From a virus: a DNA stretch of 64,000 bases. The notes beneath the pieces are model-generated. The model did no database searches, had not been told where the DNA came from, and saw nothing but the letters and a program-made list of their open reading frames with translations. The position numbers were made by a program, and so were the translations under genes. This document shows positions 19,875 through 29,900 of this stretch, one piece after another. The stretch spans positions 41,962 to 105,961 of IMG/VR virus record IMGVR_UViG_3300044638_004964; one strand, given 5' to 3'. The first letter of the stretch is position 1, and every line of letters starts with the position of its first letter.

Positions 19875-20356
19875 ATCTAGGAATTTATATCAATAGTCTT
19901 GATAATCATGCTCAATTAAAACATGTGGCAAAAATAATTAATAATTCACTAGGATCAGAGATTAATGATGCTAGCATATTTTTTGACGGTGTTGCTAGCG
20001 TTCCATTTAAAATAGATTGTGGGCTTTTCAATTCAACAGATTTATGGAATTTTAATGGATGCTTAATAACAACATCTTTGGACAATGCTTTTACAGCACT
20101 TAAAATAGTCAACAATATAGAACTGTTTTATTATTATAATTGGGGAGAGAATAAAAATATTCTTTCTTTAATCAAACTACTTAAGAATAACGTCAAGGTT
20201 ATATGTAGAAACCAAGAAGATGCTGATGAATTATATAGACTAACAGGAAAAAAATGCGTAGGAATTTCTGAAGACTTCGATAATATAGTTACTATCATAG
20301 CGGAGAATACTGATGGACGATTTAAAGATCGTGAAAATGTATGTAGATCAGCATAA
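19871..20356 (+). CDS. Hypothetical protein (possible isolated GT-B N-terminal domain)
   Basis: ATGA overlap with the previous gene; Rossmann-like pattern LITTSL, FYYYNW, VICRN. Confidence 0.45.
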   Translation: MNLGIYINSLDNHAQLKHVAKIINNSLGSEINDASIFFDGVASVPFKIDCGLFNSTDLWNFNGCLITTSLDNAFTALKIVNNIELFYYYNWGENKNILSLIKLLKNNVKVICRNQEDADELYRLTGKKCVGISEDFDNIVTIIAENTDGRFKDRENVCRSA

Positions 20357-21080
20357 GAGTACATACGAAATTGCTGAAGAATGCAATACTTATCCAAATA
20401 AGATAAGGCGTATTCTTTTAAAGAATGGCGTTGCGCTCAAAACTAAAAGTGAGGCGCAAAAGAATGCTATTGAGCAAGGCACAGCTATTCATCCAACTAG
20501 TGGTAAAAAAAGAACAGATACTGAAAAACTAAAAATCAGTTCTGGTCTTCAAAAATATTGGGATAATATGAGTGAAGAATTATATGACTGTAGAATTAAG
20601 CAAGCTAAAACAAGATGGCAGAATATGTCAGAAGTTGAGAAAGATAATATGCTTTCATCAGCAATTAAAGCTATTCAATTAGCTGGCAAAGAAGGATCTA
20701 AATTAGAAAAATATTTACAAGCAGAATTGGGCAATGCTGGCTATAGGATTGAGTATCATAAAAAGGGCTTGATAGTCAATGAAAATCTAGAAATCGACAT
20801 GTACATCCCAGCACTCAAGACTATAATAGAGATAGACGGACCATCCCACTTTCTTCCAATATGGGGAGAAGAAAAACTGCAAAAACAAATTAAAGCAGAT
20901 TTTCATAAAACAGGCTTGATTCTAAATAAGGGCATGGTAATTATTAGGGTTAAGAACTTGTCAGATTCTGTATGTTTGGCAAGCAAAGAAAAATTGAGGC
21001 TTGACATTCTTAAGCAGTTGAGTAAGATAGAGAAGTCGTTCCCAAGTAAATCAGAAAGGTACATTGAGATAGAAATATGA
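20313..21080 (+). CDS. HTH + Vsr/DUF559-like PD-(D/E)XK endonuclease, possibly homing
   Basis: HTH STYEIAEE..IRRIL, NUMOD3-like GKKRT..KLKIS, EIDMYIP..IIEIDGPSHF. Confidence 0.7.
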   Translation: MDDLKIVKMYVDQHKSTYEIAEECNTYPNKIRRILLKNGVALKTKSEAQKNAIEQGTAIHPTSGKKRTDTEKLKISSGLQKYWDNMSEELYDCRIKQAKTRWQNMSEVEKDNMLSSAIKAIQLAGKEGSKLEKYLQAELGNAGYRIEYHKKGLIVNENLEIDMYIPALKTIIEIDGPSHFLPIWGEEKLQKQIKADFHKTGLILNKGMVIIRVKNLSDSVCLASKEKLRLDILKQLSKIEKSFPSKSERYIEIEI

Positions 21081-21841
21081 ATACCACACAAGATGAAGAT
21101 TTGTTCGTTGGTGTCGAATTGCAAACAGCTTCCAATACTGACACATCCGTTAAGAATGTTGCTCAATCCAATATTCCATCAATGCTTTCGTCAGAATGGC
21201 ATGATTACGCAATGACATTGTTTGATCCATCAGAATTGATTGATGGTCATCCTCTAGTCGCTGGTCTAAGGCGAGTGTCAGAGCTTGTACTTGGTCCAAT
21301 TGTTTTTAGCGGACCAACACAGGTCTTTCCAGTTCAAAGAGAAGATCATCATGGTCGAGCAACTGTTGTATTCTCAGTAGAATTTGCAAATGGCATGAGA
21401 TATGCTGAAGTTGCTGATTCTTGGGAAGGTAATACCGATGATATGTTCTGTGCGTTCGCGGTTGCTATCGCCAGCACAAGAGCAGAAGCTAGAGCTTTGC
21501 GAAAGGCTCTCAAGATTAAGGGTGTTGCTGCCGAAGAACTTACTAAGAAGGATACCGCGAAGATCGTTCGTGATATCTCTAACACAAAGGCGAGTAGCGA
21601 TGGAGATTATAATGAACAAAGTCGCATGAGCGATGCACAATATAACTTCATGGATATAAAGTGTAAGCAACTCAATATTGATGGACAGAAACTATTCAAA
21701 GAATTTAATGTTGATAGTGGCAAGAAGGTATCTAAGAAAGTCGCTAGTGATATTATTGATAGACTCAATGATTACCAGCGGGACAAAAACTCAATTCCAG
21801 CATCTATAACAGGTTATAAAGAAGGGTGGCGTGACTCATGA
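21077..21841 (+). CDS. Conserved phage protein, possible ssDNA-annealing protein
   Basis: ASTRAEARALRKAL helix and C-terminal SDAQ..SKKVASDIIDRL motif recall Rad52/Erf-type phage proteins. Confidence 0.4.
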   Translation: MNTTQDEDLFVGVELQTASNTDTSVKNVAQSNIPSMLSSEWHDYAMTLFDPSELIDGHPLVAGLRRVSELVLGPIVFSGPTQVFPVQREDHHGRATVVFSVEFANGMRYAEVADSWEGNTDDMFCAFAVAIASTRAEARALRKALKIKGVAAEELTKKDTAKIVRDISNTKASSDGDYNEQSRMSDAQYNFMDIKCKQLNIDGQKLFKEFNVDSGKKVSKKVASDIIDRLNDYQRDKNSIPASITGYKEGWRDS

Positions 21842-22179
21842 AAATTTCATATACAACAAAGAATGGTAGAATCCAAGCAGAGTTTAATGGTGAATCAGCT
21901 AAGGATCTATTTACAGATATTAACAGATTCCAAGAAGTCTTTGAGGAAGATACTTGCGGAAAGTGTGGCAACACTGATGTAAAGTACGTTGTTCGAACTG
22001 TCGATGATAACCAGTACTACGAACTTCGCTGTGGTAGTCTTAAGTGTGCCGCTAGGCTATCTTTTGGTGTCAATAAGAAGGGTGGCGGGTTATTCCCAAA
22101 GCGCAAGGATGGCGAAGGAAAGTGGCTACCCGACAATGGTTGGGTAAAGTGGAATCCCAAGACTGAACAAGCAGAATAA
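21838..22179 (+). CDS. Zinc-ribbon protein
   Basis: CGKCG...CGSLKC; ATGA overlap with the previous gene. Confidence 0.6.
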   Translation: MKISYTTKNGRIQAEFNGESAKDLFTDINRFQEVFEEDTCGKCGNTDVKYVVRTVDDNQYYELRCGSLKCAARLSFGVNKKGGGLFPKRKDGEGKWLPDNGWVKWNPKTEQAE

Positions 22180-22193
22180 TATAAGGAGATATT

Positions 22194-22493
22194 ATGAAGT
22201 ATATTTATGCGTCTATTATTGCTCTATTTTCAACGGTTGGATATGGGTATGAAACCTTGGTTCCACAATATTACGGTCAAACCGTTGTGGTTCAACAGGT
22301 ACAGCCGGTAACACAAGTTATGGTTTATCATGCTCCATATTTTACCGTGAGTGTTCCGGTACAGGTGGTAACTCCGGTGGCGGCTGCTCAACCGGTTCAG
22401 CAAACCTTTTATTGGGGCTATCCATATCAACCAATAGTTGTAAACAACACTTGGCAACACCATAGGTGTAGGCTGTTTAATTTCAACTATTAG
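22194..22493 (+). CDS. Small signal-peptide protein, V/Q/P/Y-rich
   Basis: AAGGAG SD; MKYIYASIIALFSTVGYG signal-like N-terminus followed by low-complexity sequence. Confidence 0.65.
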   Translation: MKYIYASIIALFSTVGYGYETLVPQYYGQTVVVQQVQPVTQVMVYHAPYFTVSVPVQVVTPVAAAQPVQQTFYWGYPYQPIVVNNTWQHHRCRLFNFNY

Positions 22494-22517
22494 GCCAGCT
22501 AGCTGGTCCTATGAATG

Positions 22518-22558
22518 AAAAAAGAAATGGGGGTGGCTCAAACCACCCCCTAACTTTT
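22518..22558. terminator. Bidirectional intrinsic terminator between the convergent arms
   Basis: GGGGGTGG-ctcaaa-CCACCCCC 8-bp stem (22529-22550), A-run on the left, T-rich on the right. Confidence 0.8.
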
Positions 22559-22615
22559 ATCTAATTAAAACAATCTCTTTAGCTTGAGATATGTTTAGTG
22601 ATATTTCAACAATTA

Positions 22616-23329
22616 TCATAGATATTCAACAGTAAAATATAGGCCGTATTGGGTTTTGCTACCAATGGTAACTGGTTCTGAACTAATAGCAGCGTACCAA
22701 TCGTGTCTATCAGATTGATAAAGACTTCCTTGAGTGGTAGTATATCCTAAAGCAGTATTAGTATCACTACTATTTGTATTTTTACCACTTGGGCCGGGAG
22801 AAGGTGTGAATGTCATGTCGGACATAGCATCCGTGGGGTCGAATTCATACCAAGCTGTTGAATCTCTACCCTTGTGATTTAGATTTAATACAGTGCTTGT
22901 TGTAGCTGGATGCCTAGCCTCATAAACATACGTAACCACCCCACTAGCATGATTTGCTATGTTGTTACGATCAAATATGCGCAATTTGCAATTTTGAACC
23001 TTTACGGGTTCTGAATGATTAAAACGAATATTTAATGGGCATAAATAATTTGGTAGAGCGTCTAAGTTGATAGCAGTGGCACTATTAACACTAACTGTTC
23101 CCTTTGTATTTACAGTTCCAATGCTGCTCATGGCAGTATTATTTAATCTAGCCCCTTGAGCAGTTCCTAAAGCGTCAGTTACAAAGGTGGTCGTTTGTTG
23201 CTGACCAATCGGTACAGAAATGCCAAAACCATTTCCATAAAAACCAATGCCAGAACCGGCTGAATGATTAATTAATTCGCCGTCACCAGTAACGTCTTTA
23301 ATATTTGCGTAAAATTTAATTTCAGCCAT
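22616..23329 (-). CDS. Putative virion structural protein
   Basis: AGGAG SD, own upstream GTGTATA motif, beta/Gly/Thr-rich, last gene of the structural arm. Confidence 0.55.
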   Translation of the reverse strand: MAEIKFYANIKDVTGDGELINHSAGSGIGFYGNGFGISVPIGQQQTTTFVTDALGTAQGARLNNTAMSSIGTVNTKGTVSVNSATAINLDALPNYLCPLNIRFNHSEPVKVQNCKLRIFDRNNIANHASGVVTYVYEARHPATTSTVLNLNHKGRDSTAWYEFDPTDAMSDMTFTPSPGPSGKNTNSSDTNTALGYTTTQGSLYQSDRHDWYAAISSEPVTIGSKTQYGLYFTVEYL

Positions 23330-23350
23330 AAAAATCTCCTATATTGTTGA

Positions 23351-23369
23351 TTCTACGTAATATATACAC
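23351..23369 (-). promoter_or_regulatory. Putative late promoter (GTGTATATATTACGTAGAA)
   Basis: Shares the GTGTATA..TAGA pattern with intergenic motifs at 55107-55124 and 61033-61050. Confidence 0.55.
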
Positions 23370-23374
23370 GAAAA

Positions 23375-26300
23375 TTAACCTGCACTTATTTCTAAAACGA
23401 CATATTGCCTATCGCCGTTAATAAATCCACCAGTTTCATATAAAATTGTATGCATAATATCATTATGGAAAAAATAAAATGCTTCATATTTACCATCATT
23501 GTTTTCTATTAATGTCAATTTGGTGTTAAATTGACCCTGTGCAACACTATATCCATCATCGCTACCTATGGTTAATCTGGGTATTGATTGAATTCTATCT
23601 TGAGGTGAAGAATCTAGCATTAATTTATCATATACTATGCCAGTTTCAACTTTAATTTTAGCATTTTTCCCATTCACGCTATTATCTGATTTATGTCTAA
23701 CTATTGATGCAAAATCACTTGGTAAAAATCCAGCACCATATGTTTTATTTCCATTTGAATCTTTGAATTCGATGCTTGTAATTGCTCCAGTGCTTGATAC
23801 TGATTTGACTATCGCTTTTGCTTCTTTTGCGAAAGTAAGCTCATCATTAATAGCATAGCCTTCCCCACCATTTTCTATCTCGCCTTTATTAATTCCTATT
23901 ACTCTTTTGTAGTATCTAAAACCGCCACCGGTAAGAAGCTGACCTCTTCTAATTGGATTAATTCTCCACTCTAATTCTGGCCTAAGAACAGCTTTAAGAT
24001 TTTCTGCTGTATTATTATCAGCACTTGTCCATCCATATCTATTAATTATAGCATCAACCGGAATAGGCTGATTGTCTATTTGAGAATCTGACGGATGCCC
24101 AGCGGTAGGAATTCTAAAATCTACTGATGTAATAGACTTGTCAACACTTTTTTCATATTTAGCAGATGATAACGACGATGTATTATATTTTGCTGGATCA
24201 GTTTTTGGATCCCAATCACCTTCATAAACTATTCCGGCATTTTTAATATCGCTCCCAACGTTACCACCAATACCAGATGAATTAAATGGATTAAAATGAA
24301 GTATAGCAAAATATCTGGGATCATATATTGTTTGTTCATCTGGCCACTGATCAAATATTCTTACATGAAGCGCGGTTGTTCCAAAGTCATTATAACTATC
24401 TGCAAGAGATCCCCACTGTCGAACACTCCTGTCTCGAAAAGCATTTTGACTACCACCAAGCACTATTCCACCGCCCAACGGTATAACTGAAATAGGAGTA
24501 ACTTGACCTCCAGATACAGTAGTCCTTGGGGTTAGTCCAAAATATTGATTTGTTGTCAAATTAATTGTTCCACCTTTTTGTGCTGAAAATTTATTTCTAG
24601 CAGCTATAATACCAACTAAATTAGATCTTTCACTTCCACTTGTCTCAGAAAATATAAGAGGCCCACCAAGAGGTGCGGTTCCGGGAAATTTTACATATTC
24701 ACCATAATAAATTGTTTTATTGCCTTTTGATGTTACTTTGAATAAGTCTGGCCTAAGACCATCACCTTCCTCTCTAGAAAACATATCACCAAAAAGATTA
24801 CCAACAGGTTTTGAAAAAGCTCGCTGTATTACTTCATTAAATTTGGGTTTTTGTCCAGCAAATTCATCGTCAGCACTTATCGCAAATTCTGCTTGCAATG
24901 GAGAAAATTGTATTACATTTGGAGAAACAGGATCTAAAGCAAATAAATTTCCACTGCTAGCAGCATTTGCTAACCATGTATATCTATTTTTATCATTTAG
25001 AAACTGAGTATAACAATCTAATAAATTTTTATTTTCAATTTCTGCTTTTACTAAAGATTTTAAACTTTCAATGGGATAACTATATTTACCATCAAATGAT
25101 CCGTTTAGTGCTACCTCTGCTGGAAGTTGACGTAGATTATAGTCGGTATCATCCGCAAACATAAAAAGATTTTCGGATGCTATTAAATTATCTTCTGTAC
25201 TTTTAGAAAAAATTTTGGTTCCATCAGATCCACGCAAAAATTGAGCGTTGGTGGCTCCTAGTGGATAAGGTATAAAAGCTTTATTAGGTCTATTTTTAAG
25301 AGCATATACTTGTGCCGCGCTATATCCATCTGGAAATACAGTTCCCCAGAATACTGGCATTTGCGAGTATTTCGCCTCTTCAAATTCATCAATAATAGTA
25401 CTTGGAGAATGATAAACATTGGTGCGTCCAATAAGATTAGCAGAATTACTGCCACCAAGCCCATTTCCCAATTGATCAAATATAGTACTTTGAACATACT
25501 TTGTGTTTGGCACAATGTCGTATGATGATGATTCTGGTAGGGGTGCTTTTAATGCTTCTTCTTCTGATAAAGCAATGTTGATATTTAATTTTGCTATTGT
25601 ATTAAGATCATTTAAATTTGACCATTTTTTAATATCTTCATTTGTAATTGCTGGTTGAGTATTTTCATCGCCTCCAAGTTGTAACATATGTCTATAGTAT
25701 TGTATTCTTCTAGAATTTTCGTATTGAGTTGGCGTAATACTTCTTCTGTTTGATTCTCTATCATCTTTAAATAAAACGTCTGAGTTTGCAAGTAATTTTG
25801 TAAAAGACCACCTACCTACTTTTAATGTTGCGCTTTGTGGTTCTAGCGGCTGCGGCGCATCAAATCCTTGAACAATCCATTCTCCATCGATATGTGAACA
25901 CATTACTATTGACCCACTTTTAAAACTTCGCAGTGAGCGATTAACAACTCTAATTTTTTCAATTTTTTTTTCGTCGCCACACGTTATACAGTTGGGACCG
26001 AATAGATGAGGATTACCATCTTCAATAGATAGTGGCATAGCTACGCCCGTAGTAAATTCACCCATATAATTATCGCTATCGGCAAGATAGAAATTTTTAT
26101 CTTCAGCAGTATCCGTTAATGCAACAGTAACATTTTTAATGTTAGCTTTATCAATATCTGTTAATAATTTTGCTAATATTTGTTGAGTGCCAGATTCCCA
26201 AACTCCTAACGATTTATTGAAAGACATTTTTAGTGGGCCACTGACCATATTGGTTACATTTTTATCATCATTTTCAGATGGAGATGAATAAAAACCTATA

Positions 26301-26935
26301 TTGTTTTGTTTATCTTTTGGATTATTAGTATTCTTTGCTCCATATTTAGCACCAGTTGATCTTCTTGGTACACCTGTAACCAAATTGGACGCTTTGTGTG
26401 CCAACACTCTTTCTCCGGTTAGTGCGTCAGTATTATCTTTAAAATATAACCTTAGATTAATTGGAAAACTTTCACCACCAAGTATTTCATTAATAGTTGA
26501 ATCTAATTGTAAATAGCCATATGAGCTATTTTGAATTTCACGAACGCTATTGAGTGTATCTTCATCGGTATGATTTTCTTTGGTTTTTAATACCTCAAAT
26601 TTATTTATCAAGTCTATCATCTTATCATTATCTATTGTTTCCTTTTCAAAAGTCTTAGAAGATAGATTAAATTTATAGTAATATCTTGATTGTATAATTC
26701 CATAAAAAGCTTGAAGAAAATCTTGTTGATTGTTATCTTTTGCGGATACGAATAAAGTTTTAAGAGTTGAATTTATACTTGTTTGTTCAATTTCTATATA
26801 ATTATTTTTACAATGAGAATACAAAGAGGGTAATGTAAATTGGGGCAATCCAATATAAATAAAATCTTGATTATCTGTTGTGAACAAATAATGCAATTTA
26901 CTTGTATAGTTCAATGTTCCTGTAAAAATAGACAT
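23375..26935 (-). CDS. Large tail-associated protein
   Basis: 1186 aa in the tail-tip region; GGEGY..GAITSI..GAGF motif seen in phage tail proteins. Confidence 0.55.
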   Translation of the reverse strand: MSIFTGTLNYTSKLHYLFTTDNQDFIYIGLPQFTLPSLYSHCKNNYIEIEQTSINSTLKTLFVSAKDNNQQDFLQAFYGIIQSRYYYKFNLSSKTFEKETIDNDKMIDLINKFEVLKTKENHTDEDTLNSVREIQNSSYGYLQLDSTINEILGGESFPINLRLYFKDNTDALTGERVLAHKASNLVTGVPRRSTGAKYGAKNTNNPKDKQNNIGFYSSPSENDDKNVTNMVSGPLKMSFNKSLGVWESGTQQILAKLLTDIDKANIKNVTVALTDTAEDKNFYLADSDNYMGEFTTGVAMPLSIEDGNPHLFGPNCITCGDEKKIEKIRVVNRSLRSFKSGSIVMCSHIDGEWIVQGFDAPQPLEPQSATLKVGRWSFTKLLANSDVLFKDDRESNRRSITPTQYENSRRIQYYRHMLQLGGDENTQPAITNEDIKKWSNLNDLNTIAKLNINIALSEEEALKAPLPESSSYDIVPNTKYVQSTIFDQLGNGLGGSNSANLIGRTNVYHSPSTIIDEFEEAKYSQMPVFWGTVFPDGYSAAQVYALKNRPNKAFIPYPLGATNAQFLRGSDGTKIFSKSTEDNLIASENLFMFADDTDYNLRQLPAEVALNGSFDGKYSYPIESLKSLVKAEIENKNLLDCYTQFLNDKNRYTWLANAASSGNLFALDPVSPNVIQFSPLQAEFAISADDEFAGQKPKFNEVIQRAFSKPVGNLFGDMFSREEGDGLRPDLFKVTSKGNKTIYYGEYVKFPGTAPLGGPLIFSETSGSERSNLVGIIAARNKFSAQKGGTINLTTNQYFGLTPRTTVSGGQVTPISVIPLGGGIVLGGSQNAFRDRSVRQWGSLADSYNDFGTTALHVRIFDQWPDEQTIYDPRYFAILHFNPFNSSGIGGNVGSDIKNAGIVYEGDWDPKTDPAKYNTSSLSSAKYEKSVDKSITSVDFRIPTAGHPSDSQIDNQPIPVDAIINRYGWTSADNNTAENLKAVLRPELEWRINPIRRGQLLTGGGFRYYKRVIGINKGEIENGGEGYAINDELTFAKEAKAIVKSVSSTGAITSIEFKDSNGNKTYGAGFLPSDFASIVRHKSDNSVNGKNAKIKVETGIVYDKLMLDSSPQDRIQSIPRLTIGSDDGYSVAQGQFNTKLTLIENNDGKYEAFYFFHNDIMHTILYETGGFINGDRQYVVLEISAG

Positions 26936-26936
26936 G

Positions 26937-29900
26937 CTAAGTCCTCCAAATTGTTAAATTATCATTATCAAAACCGTCCTCATACATATCCTGCTTTGCG
27001 GCGAAATTGCCATCATATACACATGGCATGTTTGGATGAAATACTTCTTTTGCTGTTGCGTAGTAGTTGTCACTCATCGAACTACCAGCAGAGTTGTAGC
27101 TTGATCTTGCGAGATGAAGATTGTCTGCAAAATTAGAAGCAGTATTAGATAAACTTGAATTAGACTGTAAGGACACTTGAGTATCATAAGATGTTGATGT
27201 TATTTCGCTGCCAGTAGCCCCGTACATACCGGCGGTTCTTCCAGTGTGACCAATATTGCTTCTTGGAGTTACAGTAGCTACCATAATATTATTTTGATCA
27301 TTAGGATTAAAAATATCATCCAACCCATCGTTTTTCGTCATGTTGGCTACGCTTCCAATATTATCATATATACTTTGATAATTTGTTCTCGTGGCATTTT
27401 TACCAAGACCTTTTCTAATCAAAGAGTTTTTTTCATCTCTTAGTTTTTGTCTTTCTCTACTTATTTTACTAATATGATCTTGTTTTTGTTTTTGTAGTTT
27501 TCCAAATTTAGCTGTATATAAATCCATTTTGCATGTTGTTTTGACTCCGTTTTCAGAAACGTCTACTGATAAGTTGGTAACAAGAGGACCGCCATTCAAT
27601 AATTCTTTACCAAGAGTAATACCGAAAGGTGCTGAAGGAATAACAAAACCACCCCTTTCTGTTTGTAATAATAAGCTATTTGCAAATTCTGCTTGTAAAA
27701 TTCCAGCAGCATTCATCAACTGATATCCAGAATAATTCCAAGGAGCTAAATTTTCGTCTTTTATGAAATCAACTTTACCAGCCACATTTTCATAAACTTT
27801 TGCTTGAACATCAGACTGAGAAGAAACCCAAGGACCATAACATCTTTCTTTTGACATTAACGGCAATACAACCAAATCTGGATATACTGGAGATGGAACA
27901 GCAGCATTTATACGTTGTGGAAATGCAAAATTTAAACCATTTTGAGCTACTTTATAAGCTGCTCTAGCCGCATCTAGTGTCATTGGATCAAATTTAAAAT
28001 TTGGATCGTTTAATATATTTGGTTCATTGCCAAAATATGTTGGTTTGTCAAATCCCCTTAATCCTTTTATAACGTCTAGATGCAAAATGTGTTTTAAGGC
28101 TATGGCATTACCCTGCTGAAAAGTTGAATCTCTAAATCTAGCATCCATCGTGGGAGAAATTCTTGATGGTAATGTTATTAAGGCATAAACGTGGCTTGTG
28201 TCAAGATTTTTCGTATCAGTATCTATTATATCACTTTTTAACACATCGCTGTATACAGACTTAAATTCTAAAACCTCAACAATTTCCCCATCGGTAGTTT
28301 CTGGCACATAGTGAGATTCATAATATGAAAAACTATTTTCATAACTATTTGTTGCGCAAACGTAAATTTTATTTGGCTTAGAATATTGACCTATATCCTT
28401 GACACTTTGTCCATAAACAGACAAAGATTTTTTTTCTGTTTTTGGTATTAGATAAAAATGATCATCTAGGTCACATTTTACAAATGCTACTGTTTTTTGT
28501 GGAACTTCTTTATTGAGATCATTTGGATTTGGGAATGATAAAAATTTATCAGTTTTTGTATTATCTAATTCATTAAGAATGTCTGGAATAAAGTTATTTT
28601 GTTCAATTTTTTGTTGAGTAAAAGAATCTGGACTTAATCCATCTAAAGATAAGTATTGACTATTATCAAATCTTACATATGCAGAAATTCTATTGCCGTC
28701 GTTTAAGAAATTCTTGATATCTTGTGGGACTAGTCCTTGATTTACACCGAGGCTTTTATTGCCTTTGGTATTTTCATATAAATCAAAATCTATATAACCA
28801 CCTTGTTTTGATGGCTCATAATTAAATTCATATTCTTCACTTATTGGATTCCAATTTGAATATAAAGCTCCTTTAAACTGTGAGTATGCAATATTATCTT
28901 CTCTTGTTAGGAAAGATCTTATGTTATTATATGTTAACTTTCCATCAACTTCACTTTTTATCTTTCTTTTAAACTCTTCGCTATTTTCATAATATGGATC
29001 ATATGTAATAGACCGTGGACGAAACCCAAATGGGCCTTTATCATATTCATTTACCGAAGTGTCGCCATCTTTTAATTGTATATTAGGACTATAAAACAAA
29101 TTAGCTTCATTTGGAATTCTAACCAAGAATTTTTTACCCAAACATTCTTCAGCGACCTGTTTAACAAAATTATAAACCCTACGAGAATTTTCACTAGTTT
29201 TTTTGGATAATCTATTTAATATTTTGAATGTTTTTCCAAGATCAGTTAATGTATTGTCTATTAATCCTATAACATCATTTGTTTTATTGCCTCCAGCTAT
29301 TCTAATGCCTTCAAGCCAATCATAATATGCTTGTTCTTCTGCGCTTTGAATTCCATTAGGTCCAGTTCCATCATTTATTGCCGTCCATTGAGTATTAACA
29401 AGGTTTGAAAAATCATCAGCAGAAGCATTTTGAAGTGCTGCTAAATTTGTTAATATTGTATTGTAAGTATTCTGTATGCTGGCTAATCCTGCCGAAGCAA
29501 TGCCAATTTTTGTTGCTCTTTTATAATATAAAGGATAGCCGTATGGTGGATTACAAGGACTTGATGGTAAATCATCGCTTCCAAATTTTGCTCCATCGGT
29601 ATATGTATCAAACACAGATCTTGGAACAGAAACGCCATAGTTTTGAGATATACTAGGTCTTGGTATAACTCCTCCGGGAGCGCCCGCTGGAGGTGCTGGC
29701 GTTTTTCCCAAAGATGCAGTTTCTAATACGTCATCTTCTTCTGTGCTTTCCATATATACATCATTATATGTTTGTAAAAACTCTGACCATCTTTCATATG
29801 AAATCAATGATGCTCTTAGTTCCATTTCTGTTGCTACATAATAATTGCCAACACCATTAGCATTTAAACTTGTTGAATCAAGTAATATTTGCTGATAAGC

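Noticed and set aside
22494-22615. tRNA or ncRNA in the largest intergenic gap
   Set aside because: No cloverleaf or T-loop motif; the structure is explained by the terminator and a short palindrome.
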